Of a DNA stretch of 64,000 nucleotides, positions 40,269-53,560 are shown in pieces. A program made the position numbers and the translations under genes. This stretch comes from Callorhinchus milii. Lineage: Eukaryota. Under the pieces are notes generated by a model. It saw only the letters and a list, made by a program, of their open reading frames with translations, was not told the DNA's origin and did not search any database. Positions within the stretch are counted from its first letter, which is position 1; each line of letters begins with the position of its first letter. The DNA is taken from assembly GCF_018977255.1 (NCBI RefSeq), contig NW_024704742.1:30692001-30756000 (forward strand), given 5' to 3'.

Positions 40269-42279
40269 TAATTGCATAAAATGTGAGGTATTTGCACGTT
40301 GGATTTATGATTCACTCAGGTTAGCTGATCTCACAGAAGTGAAGCTATTTTGTTAAGTGAAGCTATTGGCCTCCAAAACAGCAACTACAGTTTCAAGTTG
40401 TTAATGTAATCGGAGCTCCAGCTACTCTGTGTGGGCGGCTTAACTGCAAACCGTCAAATTCTGCAATGCAAAGGTTATGCTTACTGATGAGAAAAAGTTT
40501 CATACAAACAGAATTTGAGCAACAAAAGTGCATTTACTTTGAACCTTTAAATTAATATTCCCAGTTTATATTGCTTTTGTAATTACACCTACCAAATACA
40601 CAGTCACTAGACATGACAGTGAATCCTGTAATATAATAATTATATAATATAATCAAATGCAAGGATTATTACTATATTCTATTAAGCACTTGAGTTGTCC
40701 TCCCGACGTGAAAGGCACTATACCAAACATATGGATTATTATAACTATTAGAATAATTACAAATGTCATATTTCCCAGTTGTGATATTCCACCTGCATAA
40801 CATGGAGTAGATGATTATTTTAGATCTGGAAACAGTTCATTTAAGGAGAGGTTATTTCACCATGACCATTCTGCATTTAAACTGCAGTAGAATTTTACAC
40901 AGCAGTCTCCTCAGCTACTGTTGGGGATCTGAAACAATTCAGCACCATTGAAGAGCACAGTGTCCTACTGGAAGAGCTGACACATGTTGTTGCGTTCCAC
41001 AACATAGAACCACCCAGACAGCAGGGGAGTGAAGTGGTGCAAAGTGGGTTATAAATATACTGGATGTGTCTTGAATCAATTCCCATGAAAAGTAAATAAA
41101 GGTTTCGTGCTTTATTTTTTTAAAAATTAGATACACATAAATCAACACATTTAATGTTACATACAACACCATAGGATACAGAGCCCAAGAATATCAGATG
41201 GATCCTGCAGTTACAGCTGTGAAATTGAGGATACATCAAACTCACCCCAAATCAGTTGACTTGACTGCTGCAAGTAATTGAGGCCTCCTATAAATTATTT
41301 CACAGCTCAGAAAGCAATTTCTGCACAGCCAACGTCCTCCTCCTTCTTCTTGCATTAAATGTTTCCACAGCTTTTTCCCCTTTGTCTGTCACTTTGTTCA
41401 GTATACCCAGCACTAGACATTACTATTCTATTGTGATGACAATACTTTTCTAATGGAACTGACTTGAAATAAAAGCAAGCATCTCATTTCAAACAAATAA
41501 ATAAATGAATACAAATCTCGGCTCCTTCAATGACTCGATGAATTTCCTCAAGGACCTGCTGAGTTGCCGAGCCCTGGAAACACTCCATGTTTGATCTCCT
41601 ATCTGTGCCGAGTCAGCTAATTCAAGTTCTGGCAGCAGTAGGAGAGCTCAAATTGGTCTTTTTGCTCAGATTACTGAAAGTTAAAAGAAATTCCTTGAAG
41701 CAGGATTTACACTTCTATTGCATCTCGTGCTGCAAAGTACATGAATGTAGACACTGGGAAAGACACCCCCCACCCCCCCCCCCCACCCCCATGGTCAAAC
41801 ATCCTACTGACCGACACTCGGCATGAAGCTCACACAAAAGTAATGATCACTTGGATGAAATTGCAGAGGGCGTCCATGGTCCATGAAACTTTATCCCAGT
41901 TAAAGAAAAAATGAGTCAAACACCCATTTGGAGTAGAGAGGAGGAGGATGAGAGGGAAGACAATTGAGAAGCGATTAAAAGAATAGAAGCAATATCATGA
42001 ATACACACACACATTATCATAAATGACTTGAAGTGTAAAGGTGGCATTCTATGTTCAACAAAAGCTGTAAAAATTGATTTTGCAAAATCCTTTGACGAGA
42101 CTTGCAGTGTGTAGGATTAATTCCATTCCCCAGGTGAGCAATCACTTACATTCAATAAACCTATTCAAATTCAACCATTATATATAAAGTTTTGCCTCTC
42201 TAAGTGTCATTCACATTTGCTACCCGCACTCCTCCCCCCAATTCCAACCCTGTCAATCCATGCATTTTATTGAAAGGTA

Positions 42280-42482
42280 ACCTCTCGACTCTCTTCCCCC
42301 TCCTCGCTCCCTCCCTTCCCTCCCCTCACCCTGACCATTTCCCCCCTCCTCGCTCCCTCCCCTCCCCTGACCATTTCCCCCCTGCTCGGGTCATGACCCA
42401 ACTGTGCAGCGCCTTGGGACGTCCTCCTGACGTGAAAGGCGCTTTATAAATGGAATCTTGTTGTTGTTGTTGTTGTTGTTGT
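42280..42482 (+). mobile_element. Young L2 3' end with an internal tandem duplication
   Basis: Near-identical to the reverse complement of 7628-7790; a cctcctcgctccc...gaccatttccccc unit is present twice. Confidence 0.85.
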
Positions 42483-45400
42483 AACGTTCTTTGTCTATTT
42501 CTTTGATGAAAGAGTTTAGAATATTGTTGTTGATTTGTGAGTGTGCTAACGCACCAATGATGTTGGGGTGGTTAAATGCTCCTATTTATCTTACTATAGA
42601 AAATTATTACCATTATCCAAAATGAGTTATTCACAGCTGTTTGTGGGAGGAACACGGCAGCCAATTTGATCACGGTAATGTTCCACACACAGCCATGAAG
42701 TAAGTGACCAATTTTCGGAATGAGAAAAAACTCCCTTCTCTTTTCATATAGTGCCATGGGATCTTGTAACGGCCACCTGAACAGGTAGACGGGACCTCTA
42801 CCTGTTCACGTCTCATTTGAATGTCGTCGCCTCCATAATTTCCAAGTTGCAAGTCAGGAGTGTCTTACTGCAGACTTGGTGCAATGAGACCAACTGTAGC
42901 TCTCCTACAATTGCTCAGACTAAGGTGAGCTAACTCTGTTTACCTTGAAGATAGGAATGAAGACCCACGACCAGAGATGTTTATTCCCTGAATAAACAGG
43001 GAACAGTTTTATTGATGCAAAATAAACACAAACATGTTTGGACTACAAAGTATCATTAATTCTCCCCCACCTTCAGAGGACTTTGAGTGGTATGTTAACT
43101 GTAATCATGACTCATCCAATTCAGGATCCAGAGGCATGAATTGATGGATGCACCTTATCAGCAGAAACCAAACTCTTTTATTCACTCTTTAGGGATATCA
43201 AACGATCTTAGCAGATTTAAAACTTTGCAACACAGCTTTGTGGACTGACTATCTCCAAACCCCAAAACTGTCATCTTTGCAACATCCAACAATATGTCTA
43301 AACCAGTAACCAACACTTGTGACAGATGTGTGTCAGTTCACAAGCAACTCAAATGTTTTCTGCCCAGATCAAAGAAAGACTTTACTGTAAACACAATGCA
43401 CCTCTACAACACAAATTAAGGAGACCATCTATATTCTACATTACGTTTTATATGCATCTTACCAGGATATTACCAGCAATGCAATTTCAATGTTTTAAAA
43501 AAAGCAAATTGAGTTTTAAGTAGTGCCTAGAATTTACGCAGAAGCAGGACAGAAACAGGCCATTCGGCCCAACTAGTCCTTGTTGATGTTTATACTCCAC
43601 AAAAGCCTCCACCCTTTGTAATCCCCTCAAAAACATTTTACTTTAGAACAAACACACTCATACTTTCCAATTAAAAGCAGCTCTAAAAGTTTAATCTGTG
43701 GCTAATTTAAAGAACCCATTTGGCTTTCATTTACTTACAATAGTCACTTCCCGGAGTGGCAAAATATTTCCTTGTATATCATTGGTCAGACAACTGGCAG
43801 TAATGAAGATAACCCAAGATCTATATGATCAGGTAGCTCATTAAAATACTAACAAAGGCTTCTCTACAATGCAAGACAGATATTATCAGAAAACCAATAA
43901 TTGAACAATTAAAACGAGAGCACACAATGAGCCGCCCAGCGCAGACAGTGTCTCGATAAAGCTAAGCTTGACATTGAATGTGTCCTTATACAATCAAAAA
44001 CTAATAGGGTGACACAAGGCAGTACAGTAAGCATCTTGGGACATCCTCCGTGAAAGGAGCTATATAAATGTAAATCTGTATTACATTGTCGTATTTACCA
44101 TCATTAAAAATGCTGAAATTCAAAATAAAAACTAATCATATGAAGTTAGCAAATTCTGATAATACAATACAATTTACATTTATACAGTGCCTTTCAAATT
44201 GGGAGGATGCCTCAAAGCCCTTGACAACAACAACAACTTAAAATTTAGCTTAGCATTTATATAGCGCCCTTCATGCAAGGTAGCGTCCTGGAGCGCTTGA
44301 CATTATTGGCTGGGCATCTGAGATGGAGGTGGGAGCCAAAGAGGGTGGGGAGGGAAAAGATGCCTGAAAGCGCAATCAAAATGGGATGTCTTGAGACAGA
44401 TGTTGAACAGGGGAGGGAGGGAAGGAGTGGGGGAAGGAGGGAATCAGAGAGTGAGTCAGAGACCAGGGCATAATGGCTGAAAGCTCATCCTCGGAGTAAA
44501 ATGATGAGAGTTAAACTAGGGAACTGATGAAATAGAATCTGAGTACACAGACAAGGAATTTTCCAGGCTCTATTATAACAGATTTATTTTTAAAAATCTT
44601 GATTGTGAATATCCTGAGCCTCATGATAGATTAAATGTATAAAGTGAGTTTCCAGCGCAAATTGAAAACAAATCAAAACAAATTATCGACAGAAGCACAG
44701 TTAGAATAGATTACATAAAGTATCTGCAACAGAATTAAACCAATTCACAACCACACCATTCACCAATGCAAATCTGAGGCTGCTGCAGGCAACTGCTGTT
44801 ACATATCTGAGAGGTGAAACAGCTTTGTTTGCTAATGCTGAATAGTTTTATGTTAGTAACTTACATTTATCAGGGTCTGCAGGAAGTCCTGTGCTGCGCT
44901 AAAGTTGTCACTGAGTACACCACATGGGTATGAGCACAGCTTAGAATATTAGCGCACAACAGTTGTTCTGACTGTGGTACACCAAGGCTTTGCTTGTACT
45001 GCAGTATTGTTTCCCTCTGAATTCAGTCTCAGCTGATTCACCCCCTGCAATGCTTTCCATATACATTACGCCTACAACAATAATAATAGTTGCATTTGAT
45101 AGAGTGCCTTTCATGTCAGGATAACCTCTCAAAGCACTTCACAGGATTTACTGCAAAGTGCAGTGACCGTGGATTTTGTAGTTGAACTTACAAAAGTATA
45201 ACATTTATCAATACAACCTGGGAATATAGATTTGAAGGTTCAAAGTAATTGGTGTATTTTAAAAATAAAGCTCTGTTTGCGGTAAACATTTTCTCATCAA
45301 TAAACATTAGGGTGTAGGAAAAACAGTTCAATTCAAATTTTGGAGCAAAATTACAATGACCAAATCAGTTACTGTTGCAATTCCCCAAAGTCCTCATTTA

Positions 45401-45739
45401 CTTTCATAAATTATAAAAGAAGAAGGAGAAAGGATGAAAAGGCCAGTCACCCTGGGCTGCTCTCAAACACACCCCTCTCAGCCTCCATTCTTGCAAAACA
45501 GAACCTTCTTCCTTTTGCAAACATTCAAAGCTGATCAATTTGCAATATGCACAGAACAGCCAACTGCTCTTCACAAAACAAATTAAGAGGAAAGAAAAAG
45601 GCTGAAATATCACACGTTGAAGCCCGTACCAGCTCCAGGTGTCCAAAAATCATACATCACAAAAGGAAGCGATTCAACCCAGCTGAAAGAGCTATCCATT
45701 TTATCTCATTCTCCTGCCTTTTCCCTAAACCCTTTCATA

Positions 45740-46420
45740 TTCTGCACCCTGCTCTCTGGAACTCCATCCCAGAGTCCCTCCAACTCGCTCCCTCTCTCCA
45801 CTCTCTCAAGGCACGTCTCAAAACGTGTGTCTTTCGGTCATCTTTCCCCTTCCCCACTCCACTCAGCTCCCCAGCTCAGGAGCCTATCCAGCACTGTGAA
45901 TGCGCTTTGAGACATCCTCCCGATATCAATGTAAAAAAATGTAAATCCAATTACAGTAATTCAAAACTCCACTGACCGTATACTGACCCATATCAAACTC
46001 CGCTCCCCCCGTCACCTCAGTCCTTGCCAAGCTCCACTGGCTCCCTATAGCAGAATGCGTCAATTTCAAGATCCTCACTCTTACTTTCAAATCTCTTCAC
46101 GCCCTGGAAACTCTCAAGCTCTCCAACCCGCTTACGCCTCACTCTAATATCTGGTACCTTCGCTCAACCATCCCATGTCTCCTGCACGTCCCTCGTCCCT
46201 TCCCGTTGGTGGCCCCACTATGCCCCAAAACTCAAACTCGCTGGCTTAATTCCTTCCCTTGCCCTCTCCTTGCTGATCTTCAGATCGTACCTGAAGACCT
46301 TCCTCTTCGACCATGCCTATGGTCATTTCCCCTCTCCCCCAGCTCAGGGTCAGGCTCCACCACTGTTAATGTCTTCCGGACATGATAGGCGCTATGCAAA
46401 TGTAATTTGTTATTGTTGTT
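45740..46420 (+). mobile_element. Two tandem L2 3' fragments
   Basis: ctctggaactcc motif, LAKLHWLP-type coding remnant and tails. Confidence 0.7.
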
Positions 46421-47502
46421 AAACACTCCAATATGTTACTCTGGGTGAAGAGTGCTTTCTAAATGCAAGTTGTTGTTGTAAATTGTATATTACTCTTTTT
46501 CAGATCTTTATCTAATTCTCTCTTAAAAGCGAATAGGTCCTCTGTTAAATACTGAGGTTACGCAGTTGCTCCAGTTCTGGCATCAAAATGTTGCTACTGA
46601 TGACGTGTTACTTGCTCTGAGACACTGGGTTCCTCCAGGTGCCAGACTAGAGCTGACAGAATATAACTCCAGCTCTATTATCTTGGGTGAGCTTTGAAGA
46701 CTCAGCAGTGGAAGCAGCTGCTTCAAGCTTAAATCCAGCTGGGTAGTCGTAATACTATATAACAAAAAAAGATGTCTTTGAAATCCATAGAGTGGAATTT
46801 ATTTCCAATAAACTCAAGGGAAAGAGAAGTGAAAAAAAAGTTATAGCATCTGAAACCCATGAGCCCGGAGGCAATGGCAAAAACTCGGTCGATGGTGTAA
46901 TAAACTAACGATGGTGCACACACCATAAATGAGGTAGGCCTGGTGCATGTTAAAGCTACAAATGTATGCTGTGTGAATCTTACGAACAGTTCCACTGGCA
47001 ACAGTGCTACTGTGTGAGTTAAACAAGGCTCTGTGCACTATGGAGTCATGTCATCACGTATATCCTGCACGCTGGAATTGTACATGGAAAAGTCAGTACG
47101 GAAAGACAAGGTCGGTTTGAATTTGAAGACCGTTGGGCCATTTAATCTCATATATACCACAATATAAACCCCAACCTATTTGAAAGTCAACCAGTTTGAT
47201 ACTTGGGCATCTGCTACCCTTCCTGTTCCTGAAAATTGTGCAAGGTGTTAATTATCCTTTGTTATGGCACAAATATAAATCAAACATAACGACCACAGAA
47301 ACAACAGCAGCCAACTTTGCACCAACACGCACCTCCTAGCATTTGTTCCCACTTGGGTCAAAGTGTCACCATTATACTTTGTACAATTATTTGAGCAGCT
47401 CTTTCCAAAAAACCAGTGAAGTAAAACATTCTTCAGTGTAACCTTTCTGCTTACTCTGCTCAGTGATCCAAATTGTCTCAGTGAAACACTTTAAATGAAT
47501 GA

Positions 47503-47772
47503 TAATAATAATAATAATAATAATAATAATCCTTGCATTTGATATAGCGCTTTTCACGTCGGAAGGACGTCCCAAAGCGCTTCACAGAACACACTGTAAA
47601 GTGAATTGACTGTAAATTTGTGGGCGAACGCGGCAGCCAATTGCGCACAGCAATGTCCCACAAACAGTCGTAGATTGAAAATGCCAATTTTATTATTGTT
47701 TTTGGTTTTTGGAGGGATTATTATTAGGCGTGTGGAGTAAGGAAACTTGCCCAAGGTTTCGCCCTGCCTGGA
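47503..47772 (-). mobile_element. Young DeuSINE, 5'-truncated within the tRNA head
   Basis: Tail and core match the young copies; similarity stops at gccctgcctgga. Confidence 0.9.
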
Positions 47773-48186
47773 TGATACTGCACACGTGTAAGAAGTTGCC
47801 TTCTTATCTGCCATGGTTACAGAACAAGGGTGCCATGGTCTTAATTTGGAAGATTAGTGAGAAGGTGTGAACTGCCTCTGCATCACCTGCCTGGGAAACA
47901 AAATGTAGGCAGTAAGAGGCAGTGGGCCATTCATTTTATTTTACCATCCACCTCCCAACCTCAAAACTCATCCTCAGAGAAGGGGCACTATAAATCAAAA
48001 GAACATTCCAGCTTATTAATTTTTTTTTAGTTCAGTTATGGTCTGGGATTTTCTTCAGTGGCTCTTCACTCACCAGAAGTCTCATTAGTCAGCCTTTTGA
48101 AGCAAGAAATAATAATCCTTGCGTTTGACACAGCGCATTATCAGGCCATTGAGACCTCTCAAAGTGCTTCACAGAATTTTACTGTA

Positions 48187-49370
48187 TTCCAAATCTACCC
48201 ACTCTCCCTGGTATAATAGTCACCTCCGCTCCCTCAAAACAAAAATGCAGATACTCAAGCGCAGATGACATAAATCCAGTCTCTCAATACACCACCTGCT
48301 GTGGATCGAGGATCTCCGTAACTATCTCCTCTCCGCCTCGCAGGCCTTTTACTCCAAAACCAAAAACAACCCAAAGGCACTATTCTGCACCGTCCATCAC
48401 CTCCTCCGCCCAGGCCCCCAAGCTGCCTCCATCTTCAATTCCAATGCCAAGTACAAAGAGGTCACAGACTTCTTTGTGTCAAAGATTGAAAATATTTGCT
48501 TGGCTGCATCCTCCTCCCCTACATCCCCTATCATTCCCTCCTCCCTAAACTTTGCCCCAATTATTCCCCCCCTCCCTCTCAACTACCATCTCCCAGATGA
48601 AGCCCACTACTTGCTGCCTTGATCCCTACTCACCCAGTTGCTGGTCATCCAACTTCCCTTCCTCTACTCACTGCTGGCCGAAAGTCAACCAGTTGCTCTC
48701 CTCAGCTTCTGTTCCTCTCCCGCTTAAAACCGTTGCCATCACTCCCTCCTCAAAAAACCCACCCTTGACCCCTCCAACCTTACAAATTACTATCCCATTT
48801 TCAACCTGCCCTTCCTTGCCAAAGCTCTGGAACATGTTGCCACTAATCACCTTTGCTCACACTTCTCCCTCCACTCCTTTCTCGAGCCCCTCCGGTTTGG
48901 TTTCCGTCCTACCAATAGCACAGAGACGGCAGTTGTCCAGGTCACAAATAATACCTTCTCTCTCTGTGACCAGGGCTCCCCCTGCCTCTTTATCCTCCTG
49001 GATATCTCTGCCGTGTTCGACACAGTCGACCACGCATTGTTACCCATTGCCTCTCCTCCCTCATCCACCTCAGTGGGACCTCACTAGCCTGGTTCGAGTC
49101 CTACCTAACAAACCGCCTTCACTTTATCTCCCGGAAAGCAATCCACCAATCGGCTAACAATCGGGTTCCTATTTACTACTAGGTAAACAGAGACCCCTTG
49201 CCCCCCTCACTCCCCACCTTCAAATCCCGCCTAAAGACCTTGATCACCTAAGGAGATGATCGTGCTTACAGTCACCTCCCTCTTCCTTCTCCCCTCCCTC
49301 TCCCCCTGCCTCAGGGTCAGACTTCACCATTGTCAAGCACTCCGGGTCACTGCCCCGCATGAAGATTCAC
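48187..49370 (+). mobile_element. L2 internal fragment and 3' fragment, interleaved with SINE pieces
   Basis: MKPTTCCLDP and LLDISAVFDTVDH-type remnants; 3'UTR at 49193-49370. Confidence 0.8.
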
Positions 49371-50857
49371 TAAGAGAAAAGTGGGATTTGTTCACATACA
49401 GCACTGTGTGCTTATTATCAATGGATAAGTTTTGCAAGGAAAGTCTTCATTTTGTGCAACTGAAGTTCCAACCAGCGGAATAAATAAGATGGCTGGTTAA
49501 TACGTAAGAGAACAGGATAAGTTTTTTTTCCCCCCGTCAGAAATAGAATCACACAGGACTGTAAGCTAAAAAGCAATTTTTGAAAAAAACCTATTGAAAG
49601 ATTTGATGGAAGGATAGGGAAACCTGCCTATCTTTTGTAATGCAGTTATTAAAGTGTACAGGAACATTTGCCTGCGTCTCTTTGATAAGATTTTTTGCAG
49701 CATTCAGCACAATTTAGCTCCAGCTGTCACAGTTGGATCAAAAGAGGGTTTATAGTCATGGATTCAATCTTTACATTTGTTACTTCAATGAAAATTCCTA
49801 AAGTACATTTGCAACCAATTTCTATGAATCCAAGTTTGCAGTTATTTAAATGTAATGTACATGGGATTGTGTACAGTATATGTCTCTATATATATACACA
49901 CACACTGAAGCTGGTTACTGTAGCTTGCTCATCTCTGAAAAAAGTGTATTAGTTGCAGATAAAGCAATAGCACAGTGAATGATGGCAAACTCTAACTTCT
50001 GTCGTGCAACAATATAGACAGATTAGTGCAATTGAGAGTTATCTTTATCACTAAATCATAATCATCATTCCTCAGATAGGATGTACACAAATGGCCCGAT
50101 GTGGAGAATAACAAATATCTCTGAGGGGGGAAGAGGGGGCTACTCATTAGTGTAAACAAAAAGAGGGGAGGGTAAGAGAGCGGGAGGGAGGAAGAGATAG
50201 AAGGGAAAAGAAAAGGAAAACAAAATGTAACCAGAGACACTAAAATGGGATACAGTTTGCTTTTTAAGAAAATACACACCAAGGGTTTACCTCGAAAAAT
50301 AAAATAAAAGTTGTCTAGAATTTGTTTTCTTGTCAAATACTGAACCACCTCCGCCTCGCCCCCTCCCTTGCTGCTTCAAGTCCTGTCTCAAGATCCTCCT
50401 CTTCGACCAATCACCCTCCCGAATATTAAAATCTGCCTCAAGCACGTCAGATGACACCAAGTTGCAAGTACAAGGGATTAGTCATTTGCAAGTCACCTGG
50501 ATTGCAAAATTGCATTACAATGTTAAAACTGGTCCTTTTACTTTAATATAAAGACTGAAGCTCCTGGCTATGGTTAAATTTTTCAGGCTTTGTTGCTGGC
50601 GGCAGATATCAATGGCCTGTGCCCTCAGTGCAGTAAATGATTAAACTAATATAATTTGATCACCACACCGTCCAAATGATAATCCAGTGGGGGAAAAACA
50701 CAACATAGTCCTGCACCTCTTTATTTGCGGTAATACCTAAGAGGTGTATATGTTCAAATGATCGTGGGTTAGTATAGATAACAGTTTGAATTGTATCAAA
50801 GTTGATGACAACTGAAGAAAGGATATGAAGGCATGAGCAGATAAGTCTCAGTGCCCG

Positions 50858-50900
<43 letters not shown>
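50858..50900. repeat. (TC)n(AC)n microsatellite
   Basis: Seen directly. Confidence 0.9.
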
Positions 50901-50905
<5 letters not shown>

Positions 50906-52489
50906 AGACACAGCAAAAACACTTCTAGAATGAAAAATGCAGGGCTAATTATATAATCAAATTAAACTCATTAAAAGTTAATGTGATTCATGCTGCTATT
51001 AATATGAATATTAATATTTTGAGGAGTGAACCATTCATTTTCGTCCACAAAATACAGTCAATTCACTTCATGGTATATTCTGTGACACACTATATCAATG
51101 CAAGGATTATTATTATTATTCAGCACCATATATAAGCAAAATGTATTCTTCACACAGATATGCCCTGAAACAGATATGTTCTCATTGTGTCTTTAATACT
51201 CAACATTTTTTGGTTTGGATTTCACTTTAGAATCTCCAAAAGTCCCTCTAGGGTGAAATGTCATTAACATAATGATTTAAGAATTCAGATTACACGTCCA
51301 ATTAACCAACTCAGAAAGATGGAATCATCCTTGATTCAATGCAAAGTGTGAAAAGATCGAGAAGATTTTTAGAAAAGCAAGGAATGGGTAAATCACATTC
51401 AGCCCATCAAGCTCACTTCATGCCCAGACCATATTGATAACTACTTTAATGTGCAGCAGAAATACAACCTTAATCTTGATGTATTTCAAGTTTCTTAGCA
51501 CTACAGGGCGTCTATAATTTGGCAAATTCTTTAATACAGTCTCAATTTTGTTTTCTGTAAATCCTGTAAATAATGAATTATTCATTATTTTTAGTATTAG
51601 TATTAATATTATTCAACGAGTTGCCAAGTTCCTCACATACTGAAACACTAAGAAAATAGAGAATCTAGACCCAGGTGAAACTTCTCTCCTCATGTGTTTT
51701 ATTATACACATTCCAATCTCCCAGGGAAGGGGCCATACTCCTTGATCTCCAAAAGGTAACTAAACACTACTACACAATGAGGTTTAAATGTGCTATTCCT
51801 GCTTTGCTTTTTGCTTGGGTGCAAACCCCTCATTTTCCAGCGCCTTGGAGCATCCTCCCAATCTGACAGGCTTTTATAAACGCAATTTGTTGGTGTTGTG
51901 CCTGGCCAAGAAGCAAAACTCCAGCTCCAAGGCAGCCTTTTGCAACTGCAAACACCTCCCCCTCCATCTCAACCTGCTGAGCTACAAAATCACGGAAACT
52001 CCAGAAATAAACAAGTCCCACTCAACTCGGCTCAACAGATTCGCTGTGGCAAAGCTGTACTGTGTGAGCAAAATGTATAATCCCACAAACATGAAAAATG
52101 ATGCTTTTTGAAAGACAGGTATCACAGAGTGAGGTAATAACTGGTAATATACATCTCAAGCCTCTGTGAATTGTCACAAACTTCAGACATCAGAATACTT
52201 AAGTTAAATAGCAAGTTTATAAATCTTTCCTGAGTATCCATTAATCTTTATGTTCAAGAGCTTTTTTTTAAAAAAAACAATACCTAAAGATAAGCAATGA
52301 TGCCCAATGTAAAACCTTCCTTTCCAGCATGTTAATATAATTGTAAATATAAAAAAGATAAATCCACCCTCTCTGGGGGGAGTGAGGGGAGGAGGAGATT
52401 AAAGTTTCCACTGATTAATACTGCCCGATAATCTTAAACATACACACACAGACATACACAGATACAAAAACAAATGCATTGAATTTAAC

Positions 52490-52607
52490 CTTGTGGTCTT
52501 CTCCAGTTAGCAGTGGATTTCCTGCACATCTTCAACGCACCCTCCTTCTCAAAGCAGAAAGGAGGCCTCCGGGCCAGAGCCCGCAAAGCAGATGAGTTGA
52601 ATCTCAT
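52490..52607 (-). CDS. INPP4B: First coding exon of an INPP4-family (inositol polyphosphate 4-phosphatase) long isoform, start of an N-terminal PH domain; INPP4B more likely than INPP4A (tentative)
   Basis: The 118 nt from ATG (52607-52605) encode MRFNSSALRALARRPPFCFEKEGALKMCRKSTANWRRPQ plus G, ending at donor CAAG|gttaaa (phase 1). The MRFN...LA..P...FEKEG.L pattern matches my recollection of the arthropod INPP4 N-terminus (MRFNKQEL...FEKEGLL) and PLEKHJ1 (MRYNEKELQALSRQP). The paralog choice rests only on the very large introns. Confidence 0.75.
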
Positions 52608-52683
52608 ATCATAACCAGTGTGATGAAATGGAAGACGAAGCCGGAACACAATGTGGCAGTCAACACAGCGACGACAGATCCAA
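52608..52683 (-). other. Probable 5'UTR part of the same exon
   Basis: Acceptor-like ggttctgtgtttgcag| with AG at 52685-52684, 76 nt upstream of the ATG. This implies an upstream non-coding exon that I could not locate. Confidence 0.45.
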
Positions 52684-53167
52684 CTGCAAACACAGAACCC
52701 AATGAATGTAACAAAGTTAATCTTGGAACAGAAAGAATCCAATTCCACAAGAAGAAGAAAAAAAACCTATTTCTTTCCTTTCAAGTCTGTTCTATTCAAT
52801 CCCCTTGGCTTGGGCTGCAATCTGGGTCATTGGCGCATTGCTACAATCGCACAGCGTCTCAAGATAAATCTGTGCACGGAACATCAACTAACAAGCAGAG
52901 TTACCAGAACACTATCGGAGTCTTTCCTATCGTTGTTTTGTTGCTCTTAATTTTATCCTTTACTCTTTTCTCATTTAATGCATCGACTTGCACTGGGTTC
53001 CACAGGCAACAGTCTCCCTAGTGACCCAGCCCCAAGCGGGTATTCTTCATGGGCAGACAAGGTTAGAATTATATTTGAGGCTATCAGGTCTTATCCTGAC
53101 TGTGCCCTCGCTCAGGCTTCCAACACGAGAATCATGTAAACTATTCTGGTCAGGCCCCAGCGGGGGT

Positions 53168-53560
53168 ACAATACAATTTATATAGTGCCTTTCACATCAG
53201 GGCAATGTCTCAAACGGCTTCACATTTTGCCTTAGCACGCAAGCTGACAGGGAGCTGAAGACGGTGGGGAGGAAGACGATGATCGAAAGAGCAGTGAAAA
53301 AGGTAAGGCGTACTTTGTACGTGTGGAGGCAGGGAGCGAGTCAGATGGACTCCGAGATGGAGTTTCAGAGAGGGGCCAGAATGGCTGAGAGCCTGCCCAC
53401 CAATGATGGGGAGGACAGGGCGGGGGATATGAACAGGCCACAGTTTGCTGTTTGAGGGAGCATCCAGGATGGTGTGGCTGTAAGGGAGTCTAGAGACAGG
53501 TCAAGGTATGCTGGAGGGATTTAAACTTGAGAAGACTATGGGCACGGGAACAAAGAGTGC
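53168..53560 (-). mobile_element. Old L2 3' end
   Basis: Tail stub and purine-rich antisense L2 3' region. Confidence 0.65.

Noticed and set aside
40895..41053. Plus-strand open segment after an ag, protein-like in composition
   Set aside because: No homology recognised and no partner exons
41513..41673. Possible alternative first exon on - (MECFQGSATQQVLEEIHRVIEGAEI)
   Set aside because: The donor is weak (gtattc), and splicing to exon 2 would create T|AA, a stop; no recognisable homology
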